A stretch of 64,000 nt of DNA from Eledone cirrhosa (Eukaryota): the NCBI GenBank assembly GCA_964016885.1, contig OZ024740.1:325748001-325812000 (forward strand), in the 5' to 3' direction. The translations under genes and the position numbers were made by a program. Of the stretch, positions 52,208 to 62,487 are shown piece by piece. Each line of letters starts with the position of its first letter. Position 1 is the stretch's first letter. The notes under the pieces are model-generated. The model saw nothing but the letters and a program-made list of their open reading frames with translations. It did not search any database and had not been told where the DNA came from.

Positions 52208-53007
52208 TCATCATCATCATCATCAACGTTTAACGTCCGTGTTCCACGCTTGCATGGGTTTGGACGGGGGTAGTCCCACTTGAGGCAAGAGTGATTGTCT
52301 TGCTCGCATAGGACTGTCTGGCAGGTTTTCTACAGTTGGATGCCCTTCCTAACACCAACCACATTTACAGTGTGGGTCTGGGAGGTTTTTACCGTGTTGC
52401 CTACACGGCCACATTACAGCGTGGACTGTGTGTTTTTTTGTCGTGACACCTACACGATCTCATTTGTTTCGGCCCGGATGGCGCGGCACCAACATAACTT
52501 TACATAGGACGGGGTGGTGTGGATGGGGTGGGGGTGGTGGTGGTGGGACGGGGTGTATTTTGTTAGAGATGCCTACTGGCAAGGCGGGTCTTCTCTGTTA
52601 CTGAGTACCGCCAAAGGTCTCGGTCCAGTGACATTGTCTTGGAGAGGTGTAAGTGTGTGAGGTCGGAGTTTATCAGCTCGTCCCAGGTTTTTCTAGGTCT
52701 GCCTATTCCGTGGCTACCGTCTATCTTTATTGCCCTGCACTTTGTTATACAGCCATCGACCTTCATGCGCATCACGTGTCCATACCAACGTAGCCTTCTC
52801 TCGAGTAAACAACATCTGATCCCTCTTATCTCTAATTTTTTCCTTAGTTCGTTTATGCTTTGCCGTTCACGTATATTACTGTTACACATCCAGCGGAGCA
52901 TGCAAGCTTCGTTCCTCTCTAGTCTGCGTACATCCTCTGCACACAATGCCCAGGTCTCACTGCCATGCAACATTGCTGTTCGTATGCAGGCATCGTACAA
53001 CCTGCCT

Positions 53008-53010
<3 letters not shown>
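52204..53010 (-). mobile_element. RTE LINE 3' end, subfamily B
   Basis: ORF 52563-53000, UTR and (GAT)n tail. Confidence 0.92.
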
Positions 53011-53051
<41 letters not shown>

Positions 53052-53117
53052 TGTATGTATATATATATATATATATGTGTGTTGTATGTATATATATATA
53101 TATATATATATGTGTGT

Positions 53118-53160
<43 letters not shown>

Positions 53161-53256
53161 TGTTTGTATATATATATATGTATATATATATATATGTATA
53201 TATATATATGTATATATATATATGTATATATATATGTGTGTGTGTTGTATATATAA

Positions 53257-53597
53257 GGCACATGACTTAGTGGTTAGAGCATTGGCCTTGCAATCGAAAG
53301 GTTGTGAGTTCAATTCTCAGACCGGCTGATGTGTTGTTTCCTTGAGCAAGACACTTTATTTCACATTGGTCCAGTTTACTCAGCTGTAGGAATGAGATGA
53401 TAGGGACTGGAGTCCTTATCATTCCACTGCAAAGTGGTCGTGGAGGTGCCACGGAAAAAAGCACCCAGCACTCACTGTAAATGAGGTTGGTGTTAGGAAG
53501 GGCATCCAGCTGTAGAAATCAAGCCAGAATCAGTTCCCGTCCCACCCTTGCAAGCAGGGAAAAGTGGACGTAAAATGAAATGAAATGATGAAATGAT
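53257..53597 (+). mobile_element. tRNA-derived SINE family 1 (tRNA head, CORE-like domain, RTE-type tail)
   Basis: A box TGACTTAGTGG, B box GAGTTCAATTC, CCTTGAGCAAGACACTT, tail shared with the RTE at 28040-28092, (ATGAA)n end. Confidence 0.88.
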
Positions 53598-53623
53598 GTA
53601 TATATATATGTGTGTGTGTGTTT

Positions 53624-53656
<33 letters not shown>

Positions 53657-53658
53657 TG

Positions 53659-53696
<38 letters not shown>

Positions 53697-53839
53697 CTTG
53701 CAAGCAGGGAAAAGTGGACGTAAAATGATGATGATGATGATATACACACACACACACATATATATACATACAACACACACTCACATATATATATGTGTGT
53801 GTGTGTGTTGTATGTATGTATATATATGTGTGTTGTATG

Positions 53840-53870
<31 letters not shown>

Positions 53871-53872
53871 TG

Positions 53873-53935
<63 letters not shown>

Positions 53936-53972
53936 TGTATGTATATATATATATATGTGTGTGTGTTGTATG

Positions 53973-54009
<37 letters not shown>

Positions 54010-54040
54010 TGTATGTATATATATATATGTGTGTGTGTTG

Positions 54041-54081
<41 letters not shown>

Positions 54082-54094
54082 TGTATGTATATAT

Positions 54095-54580
54095 TTCATT
54101 TCATTTTCATTTCATTTTACGTTCGTTTTTCCCTGCTTGCAAGGGTGGGATGGGAACTGATTCTAGCTTGATTTCTACAGCTGGATGCCCTTCCTAACAC
54201 CAACCTCATTTACAGTGAGTGCTGGGTGCTTTTTTTCCGTGGCGCCTACACGTCCACTTTACAGTGTGGACTGGGTGCTATTTTGCCGTGGCACCTCCAC
54301 GTCCACTTTACAGTGTGGGCTGGGTGCTATTTTGCCGTGGCACCTTTATGACCACTTTACAGTGTGGGCTGGGTGCTTTTTTGCCGTGGCACCTCCGCAA
54401 CCACTTTGCAGTGGAATGATAGGGACCCCAGTCCTTATCATCTCATTTCTACAGCTGAATAAACTGGAGCAATGTGAAATAAAGTGTCTTGCTCAAGGAA
54501 ACAACACATCACCCGGTCTGAGAATTGAACTCACAACCTTTCGATTGCAAGCCCAATGCTCTAACCACTAAGCCATGTGC
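54095..54580 (-). mobile_element. SINE family 1 with four internal 49-bp repeats
   Basis: reverse complement of the 53257 copy with an expanded internal unit. Confidence 0.88.
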
Positions 54581-54686
54581 ATATATATATATATATATAT
54601 GTGTGTGTGTTGTATGTGTATATAAATATATATATATATGTGTGTGTTGTTATGTGTATATAAATATATATATATGTGTGTGTTGT

Positions 54687-54739
<53 letters not shown>

Positions 54740-54751
54740 TGTATGTATATA

Positions 54752-54802
<51 letters not shown>

Positions 54803-54804
54803 TG

Positions 54805-54847
<43 letters not shown>

Positions 54848-54885
54848 TGTATGTATATAATATATATATATATATATGTGTGTTG

Positions 54886-54941
<56 letters not shown>

Positions 54942-55089
54942 TATACATTCAGGTTTGTGGTTCACCACTGTATAGATCTGGTCTATTCCGTATGGTCAAT
55001 CGTAATGTAATAATATAGAGAGTTCTCAACGTAAAGCAGTTCAACCGTCTTTGTTTTTGTAGTTGGTGGTGCTATTACGGAGTTAAATA

Positions 55090-56378
55090 TTATAATGAAA
55101 TGACAGGAGGATGGACTTGTGTAAATCCTTGAAAGGTTTATTATACTATGATCATTTCAATGACCGGGTTCCATATGAATCCGGTTATATCATCAGGTAT
55201 TCGAAATATAATACGTGAATGTAATAGATAAAATCCATGGGGCTGAAAATCGAGGACCCGAGGGTGACCGCTATCTTGCACCCTCTATCTTAGCCGGTCG
55301 CCCTCGGGTGACGTGGCTAAGGCTCACAGTGTGCTACTACCGGTCAGATAAAGGAAAACAGAAAGGGATGGGGACATAAGTTACAAGACAAAAGAAAGAA
55401 AGAAAGGAAGGAGAGAGAAGAAGGGGAAGGAAGAAGAAGAGAAGCCAGGGTTAATGTCAGCTATAAGAAGAAAGACAGAAAGAGGAGGAAAGGTCGGTAT
55501 TACAGTCGGGCCAGGATTGTCGCGAAGAAATTTTTTTCTTCTACGGGACCCGTATCTAAACAACTACTACCGGTCAGATATAAGCGAACAAAAAGGGGGA
55601 AGTAAGATAAGTCTGCGGGAGGAAGACAGAAAGAGGGGAGAAAAGAAGTAGAAGAGTAAGGGTTGATGGCTACAAGAAGGAAGATAGAAAGAAAGAGGAA
55701 GAAAGGTCGATATTAATGTCAGACTACAGTCAGGCCAGGAATGGCGCGAGAAAATGTTCACAGGGACCCGTATCTTAGCAGAGCTGAATATAGTGGGGGT
55801 CAGTGTGTTATAATGTGTGAGCAGAAGATTGAAACGTTATGTTTTTGTTTAGACTTAGAGGATGAAGTTAAAAATTAATAATTAATAATTAATATCAAAG
55901 AAATTAGAAAATTTAAAGTAAAACAGTTTAACTTTTTAAGGTTGAGATATCTAATAGTTCTGTAATACCGACCTTTCCTCCTCTTCCTTTGTCTTTCTTC
56001 TTATAGCTGACATTAACCCTGGCTTCTCTTCTTCTTCCTTCCCCTTCTTCTCTCTCCTTCCTTTCTTTCTTTCTTTTGTCTTGTAACTTATGTCCCCATC
56101 CCTTTCTGTTTTCCTTTATCTGACCGGTAGTAGCACACTGTGAGCCTTAGCCACGTCACTCGAGGGCGACCGGCTAAGATAGAGGGTGCAAGATAGCGGT
56201 CACCCTCGGGTCCTCGATTTTCAGCCCCATGGATTTTATCTATTACATTCACGTATTATATTTCGAATACCTGATGATATCACCGGATTCATATGGAACC
56301 CGGTCATTGAAATGATCATAGTATAATAAACCTTTCAAGGATTTACACAAGGCCAGCCTCCTGTCATTTCATTATAAT
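55090..56378. repeat. about 420-bp near-perfect inverted repeat (55090-55506 / 55960-56378) with about 450-bp spacer; probable Penelope-like pseudo-LTRs
   Basis: arms are reverse complements with few mismatches and each holds a hammerhead motif. Confidence 0.9.
56267..56324 (+). ncRNA. type I (dimer-type) hammerhead motif in a Penelope-like pseudo-LTR; antisense copy at 55143-55200
   Basis: AUAC-CUGAUGA-(ACCGGAUUC...GAACCCGGU stem II)-GAAA-UGAUCA palindrome-UA, predicted cut, then GUAU; base of stem II is imperfect (U-U). Confidence 0.65.
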
Positions 56379-56417
<39 letters not shown>

Positions 56418-56503
56418 TGTATGTATATATATATATATACATATGTGTGTGTGTGTTGTATGTATATATATATATATATACATATGTGTGTGTGTGTTGT
56501 ATG

Positions 56504-56538
<35 letters not shown>

Positions 56539-56544
56539 TGTATG

Positions 56545-56575
<31 letters not shown>

Positions 56576-56623
56576 TGTATGTATATATAATATAAATATA
56601 TATATGTGTGTGTGTTGTATGTG

Positions 56624-56656
<33 letters not shown>

Positions 56657-56896
56657 TGTATGTATATATAATATATATATATATATATGTGTGTTGAATG
56701 TATGTATATATATATATACATATGTGTGTGTGTGTGTTGTATGTATATGTATGTATGTATATATATATATATATAAAGAATGAATAATAACAGGTAGACA
56801 TAATAAAAAGGTAATTTATTCCGTGTGCTTACAAATGTTTCCATGGTGTTTATACAGCGTAGTTATGCTATGTGCAAATTTATAACTATTTGCAAT

Positions 56897-57243
56897 TTCA
56901 TCATCATCATCATTCATTTCATTTTACGTCCGCTTTTTCCCTGCTTGCAAGGGTGGGACGGGAACTGATTCTGGCTTGATTTCTACAGCTGGATGCCCTT
57001 CCTAACACCAACCTCATTTACAGTGAGTGCTGGGTGCTTTTTTGCCGTGGCACCTCCACGACCACTTTGCAGTGGAATGATATGGACCCCAGTCCCTATC
57101 ATCTCATTTCTACAGCTGAGTAAACTGGAGCAATGTGAAATAAAGTGTCTTGCTCAAGGAAACAACACATCACCCGGTCTGAGAATTGAACTCACAACCT
57201 TTCGATTGCAAGGCCAATGCTCTAACCACTAAGCCATGTGCCT
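56897..57243 (-). mobile_element. SINE family 1
   Basis: near-identical to the other family 1 copies. Confidence 0.88.
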
Positions 57244-57311
57244 CCATATATACTTTGTATATAGATACATATATATATATATATACAACACACACATATA
57301 TATATATATAT

Positions 57312-58878
57312 ATCATCATCATCATCATCAAAACCGTTTTACGTCCGTTCTTCCACGCTAGCATGGGTTAGACGGGTTGTCCTGTTGTGGGCAGTGTCTG
57401 GTCGGCTGACCATGCCTTGCTCATACAGGAACTGATCTGGCTTGATTTCTACAGCTGGATGCCCTTCCTAACACCAACCTCATTTACAGTGAGTGCTGGG
57501 TGCTTTTTCGTGGCGCCTACACGTCCACTTTACAGTGTGGGCTGGGTGCTTTTTTGCCGTGGCACCTCCATGACCACCTTGCGGTGGGGGGAGTGGGGGC
57601 ATATTGTTTATATGCTTCAGCATGTACCCATGGGAGGTCGGGTACCCTGTATTACTGCGTGACGCCAGAAGTCACGGTCGTGTGTCATTGTCTTTGAGAG
57701 GTGTAGTTGGGTAAGGTCGGCTTTTATCACCTCATCCCAAGTCATCTTGGGTCTCCCCACTCCGCGGTTTCCATCAACTTCTAGTGCTCTGCACCTTTTT
57801 ATGCAGCTGTCATCCTTCATACGCATCACATGTCCATACCAGCGTAACCGCCTCTCCTGCACGCAGCATTTGATTCCTCTTATGCTCAGTCTCTCTCTCA
57901 ATTCCTTTATGCTTTGTCGTTCACGTATATTACTGTTACACATCCATCGGAGCATGCAGGCTTCGTTTCTCTCTAATCTACGCAAGTCTTCCACCTTCAG
58001 CGCCCAGGTCTCACTACCATGCAACATCGCTGTTCGGATACACGCATCACACAGTCTGCCTTTCATTCTGAGGGAGAAGCCTTTTGCAGCTAGCAGTGGT
58101 AGTAGTTCCCTAAACTTCTTCCATCCCGTTCTTACCCTAGTTATTGTACTTTCTGAGCACCCACCTCCGTTGCTAATTCGGTCACCTAGGTAGCAGAAGC
58201 TGTCTACTGTTTCTACAGGGCCCTCCCAGAGATTGGTGGTACTTGTTTCCTGGGGCTGTTTGCTTGCTGTTTCAGCACAGCTGCTGCATGTGAATCCTAC
58301 ATTCTTAATTAAGCTTCCTGAGATCCCGCTACATCTCTTGTGTACCCATTGTTTGCATTTGGGGCAGAGAATGGAGTTCCTACCTACACCTTTCCTACAT
58401 ACTGAGCAAGGCCATTTCCCTGAGGGGATCTGGGTTCTGTTTTCTCGTCTACTTACAAGGACCTTAGTCTTTGTCATGTTGACTTTGAGGCCCTTTCTCT
58501 CTAGTCCCTGCTTCCAGGTTTGGAATTTATTCTCTAGTTCTACCATAGATTCAGCTATGAGTGCGAGGTCATCAGCATACAGGAGTTCCCATGGGCATCC
58601 GGTCTTAAACTCCTCCGTTATTGCCTGCAGGACTATGATCAACAGGAGAGGGCTAAGAACAGAGCCCTGGTGGACCCCAACCTGTACGCTAAATTCCTCG
58701 CTATACTCATTGCTAATCCTAACTTTGCTGACTGCTCCCCTATACATGGCTTGTACCGCTTTCACAAGCCATTCATCTACTCCTAGTTTTCTAAGAGCCC
58801 ACCAGATTACTGCACGTGGAACTCTGTCAAAGGCTTTCTCAAGGTCGACAAATGCCAAGTAGAGTGGCTTACTTTTAG
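57312..58878 (-). mobile_element. RTE LINE, 5'-truncated, subfamily A, uninterrupted ORF (young copy)
   Basis: about 420 aa open frame with FVDLEKAFD and YADD. Confidence 0.95.
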
Positions 58879-58893
58879 TACAACACACACACA

Positions 58894-58981
<88 letters not shown>

Positions 58982-59063
58982 TGTATATGTATGTGTGTGT
59001 TGTGTGTGTGTTGTATATATATATGTATGTGTGTGTGTTGTATATATATATGTATGTGTGTTT

Positions 59064-59094
<31 letters not shown>

Positions 59095-59121
59095 TGTATA
59101 TATGTATGTGTGTGTGTGTTG

Positions 59122-59154
<33 letters not shown>

Positions 59155-59247
59155 GTGTTGTGTAGATATATATATATATATATATATGTGTGTGTTGTAT
59201 ATATATATATATGTGTGTGTGTTGTATATATATATATGTGTGTGTTG

Positions 59248-59282
<35 letters not shown>

Positions 59283-59458
59283 TATATGTATGTGTGTTGT
59301 GTATATATATATATATATATGTGTGTGTGTTGTATATATATATATATGTATGTATATGTGTGTTGTATATATATGTATATATATATATGCCAGAGGGCAT
59401 AGATTGTAGCTACAACCAAAATCTAATCTAGTCCTCTTTCTATTAATATCCATCACAG

Positions 59459-59636
59459 GAAGCTGCTGTATGTATTATGACTACCTCTAGAGAAGCTGAG
59501 CTCTACCTGGCAAAAAATGCTGACACCATTAAAGATGAAGACATCTTCACATTAGCCATTACCACCTATGCTCTGACTCTGTCCAATCAAAAGAATGCAT
59601 TTATCTACAAAAGGCTCTGGAATCTACACCAAGGGG
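59459..59636 (+). CDS. exon T (EAAVCIMTTS...FTLAITTYALTLS...LWNLHQG), phase 0-1
   Basis: cacAG acceptor, GTatgt donor, 178 nt; LA...YAL helix of the thioester domain. Confidence 0.9.
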
Positions 59637-59819
59637 GTATGTTTTCATGTTTTCTATAGCTCCATCACCATCCTCATCTCTTTCTCCATCACCATCCTTA
59701 TTTTCATCTTCAACAGCATCACTACCATCATCACATATTTTCTTACTGGCATGGGTTGAATGGGTTGTTAGTTTAATGTTTAGCTTCGTTTCTACATCTA
59801 GATCCCCCTTCCTGACACC

Positions 59820-59914
<95 letters not shown>
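59820..59914. repeat. perfect (AC)n microsatellite, about 47 units
   Basis: direct inspection. Confidence 0.97.
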
Positions 59915-59916
<2 letters not shown>

Positions 59917-60445
59917 TTTAATGTCCATTCCCTCCCTGCTAGCAAGGGTTGAACATGTCGCCACAATGTCATTACTTAATCAGATCTACTGGCATGCATA
60001 CGTGTGCCAAGTAGGTGACATGACAAAAAGTACCCAGTCCAAACTGTAAAGTGGTCATGTAGGTGACACACAAAATGCACCCAGCCCACATTTTAAATGT
60101 GATCGGCATTAGGAAGGGCATCCAGCTGTAGAATCCAAGCCCAAATCAGTTCTGTATGAGCAAGATGAGGTCATCTGACCTGGCTTGTCGCATAACAGGA
60201 CAACTTGTCTAACCCATGCTAGCATGGGAAAGTGGTTGTTAAATAGTTGATGATGAGGTTATGTATACACACATGTATATAAACATATCATCATTTAACA
60301 TCTATTTTCCAGGGCTGCTCAGAGGAGGATGAGTTAGGGATGTAAATGAGGAAAGATTAATGTGGGGGTGATAGAAAGGAGCAACTTAAATATGGTTGCA
60401 TCTGCCCTTTACAGACATTCTTACATGCTGATTTCATCCCACTTA

Positions 60446-60571
60446 TAATAATAATAATGAATATTATTGTGTACATTGCTCAGGTGCACTATAACTCATC
60501 AAAGGTGCATGTATAGTACATAGAATAATGTACAAATGTCAGGAAAGTGAACAATGTATGAGTCATGATAT
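60446..60571 (-). mobile_element. short CR1 3'-tail fragment
   Basis: nearly identical to 51130-51255. Confidence 0.8.
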
Positions 60572-60723
60572 ACAGATAAACACACACACACACACACACA
60601 CATGCATGTGTGTGTGGAAGCACAAGTCTTCTGTAGTGCAGCAGATCACCAACCAACTTTATCCTCTGTCATCTTCTCCATCAGGTCCAAATATTTTTTC
60701 ATAACAGAAAAAAAAAGTCACAG

Positions 60724-61050
60724 AATGTCAGTTTCAGTTGAGAATCCCAAATAGTGCTGTTTCAAGATTTGTTAATCTCTCATAAGTGACATTCACTCAA
60801 TCATGGCAATAGACTAGAGTCTATATAGATTTTACATGATGAAAATTTGCTAGAAATGCTCATTTGCATATAACTTGGTTGGTTATAATTGATTGACAGT
60901 AGCACTAAGACTGTGTTTAAACATATCATACAAAATCTATATAGACTCTAGTCTATTTCTATGTCAGTACTAGTTGAGTGAATGTCACTGATGAAAGGTT
61001 AACAAATCTTGAAACAGTGCTGTCTGGTATTCTTGTGTGATACTGACATT
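60724..61050. repeat. imperfect inverted repeat (about 60724-60840 / 60926-61050)
   Basis: ctgtttcaagatttgttaa pairs with ttaacaaatcttgaaacag; aatagactagagtctatatagatttt pairs with aaaatctatatagactctagtctatt. Confidence 0.9.
60980..61032 (+). ncRNA. type I hammerhead ribozyme motif
   Basis: GAAUGUCA-CUGAUGA-AAGGUU(AACA)AAUCUU-GAAA-CAG(UG)CUG-UC, predicted cut, then UGGUAUUC; all core nucleotides present, stem I 8 bp, stem II 6 bp. Confidence 0.8.
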
Positions 61051-61291
61051 GCACATACACATACATACGTAAAAATAAATACATACACACACTCACACAC
61101 ACTCACACATACATATACACATACATACACATACACACATATACATATATACATATATATACATATATATATATATCTATACATATATACACATACATAC
61201 GTACATATCACAAACACATACATACAAATACATATACACACATGTGTGTAAAACTCATTCTTAGATGTATTCATATGAATCTTGTTTAACT

Positions 61292-61351
<60 letters not shown>

Positions 61352-61870
61352 TATATATATATATACATACACACACATATATACATACACATACACATAC
61401 ATATATATATACATACACACACATATATACATACACATACACATACATACATACACACACACACATATATATATATAAGAAAAAACATAAATATTATATA
61501 TATAAAAAAAACAAATGTATATATAAAAATAAAAAGTTGGGAATACGACAAATAATAAATAAATAAATAATTAAAAAAGGGTATAAATGTTTATAGCTTA
61601 TATAGAGCACTCAACAAATTCCTGGAGCAAATGATCAATGCAAATTATGCATATACACACACATACATGTATATATATATATACACACACAACCATAGAA
61701 ATACACACACACACACACACACACATACATATATATATACACATATAGGAAAATGTATGACCCCACGCCAGAGCTCAAGCCGTTTCTGAGGCTATTATAT
61801 ATATACACACAAAACCATTATATAAAAATACACACACACACAAATATACACACACACATTATAGATATAT

Positions 61871-61968
<98 letters not shown>

Positions 61969-61969
61969 A

Positions 61970-62304
61970 GGCACATGGCTTAGTGGTTAGAGCATTGGCC
62001 TTGCAATCGAAAGGTTGTGAGTTCAATTCTCAGACCGGGTGATGTGTTGTTTCCTTGAGCAAGACACTTTATTTCAAATTGCTCCAGTTTACTCAGCTGT
62101 AGAAATGAGATGATAGGGACTGGGGTCCATATCATTCCACTGCAAAGTGGTCGTGTAGGTGCCACGGCGAAAAAAACACCCACCACTCACTGTAAATGAG
62201 GTTGGTGTTAGGAAGGGCATCCAGCTGTAGAAATCAAGCCAGAATCAGTTCCCGTCCCACCCTTGTAAGCAAGGAAAAAGCGGACATAAAATGAAATGAA
62301 ATGA
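61970..62304 (+). mobile_element. SINE family 1
   Basis: near-identical to the other family 1 copies; flanked by (TA)n. Confidence 0.88.
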
Positions 62305-62402
62305 ATATATATATATATACACACACACAAATACAATAGAAGCATATAAAATACAATTATATACACACATACATATCCATACAGATAAATATAAACATAC
62401 AT

Positions 62403-62484
<82 letters not shown>

Positions 62485-62487
<3 letters not shown>

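Larger units (their letters stand above)
3364..59636 (+). other. Mcr: Multi-exon gene, partial (both ends outside window): alpha-2-macroglobulin/TEP family, Mcr (TEP6)/CD109-like protein with LDLa module and no thioester
   Basis: 20 GT-AG exons with mutually consistent phases give about 905 uninterrupted codons. Motifs seen: IRGEQVGFRVTVFN, DGSFS, SIWLTAFVVKT, ALTAYV, LAITTYAL, an LDLa module, and PYGVAEN at the PYGCGEQ position. The symbol rests on remembered similarity to Drosophila Mcr architecture, not on a search. Confidence 0.85.

Noticed and set aside
61970-62040. tRNA gene
   Set aside because: The anticodon and acceptor stems pair poorly, and the sequence continues into a SINE body in all four copies.
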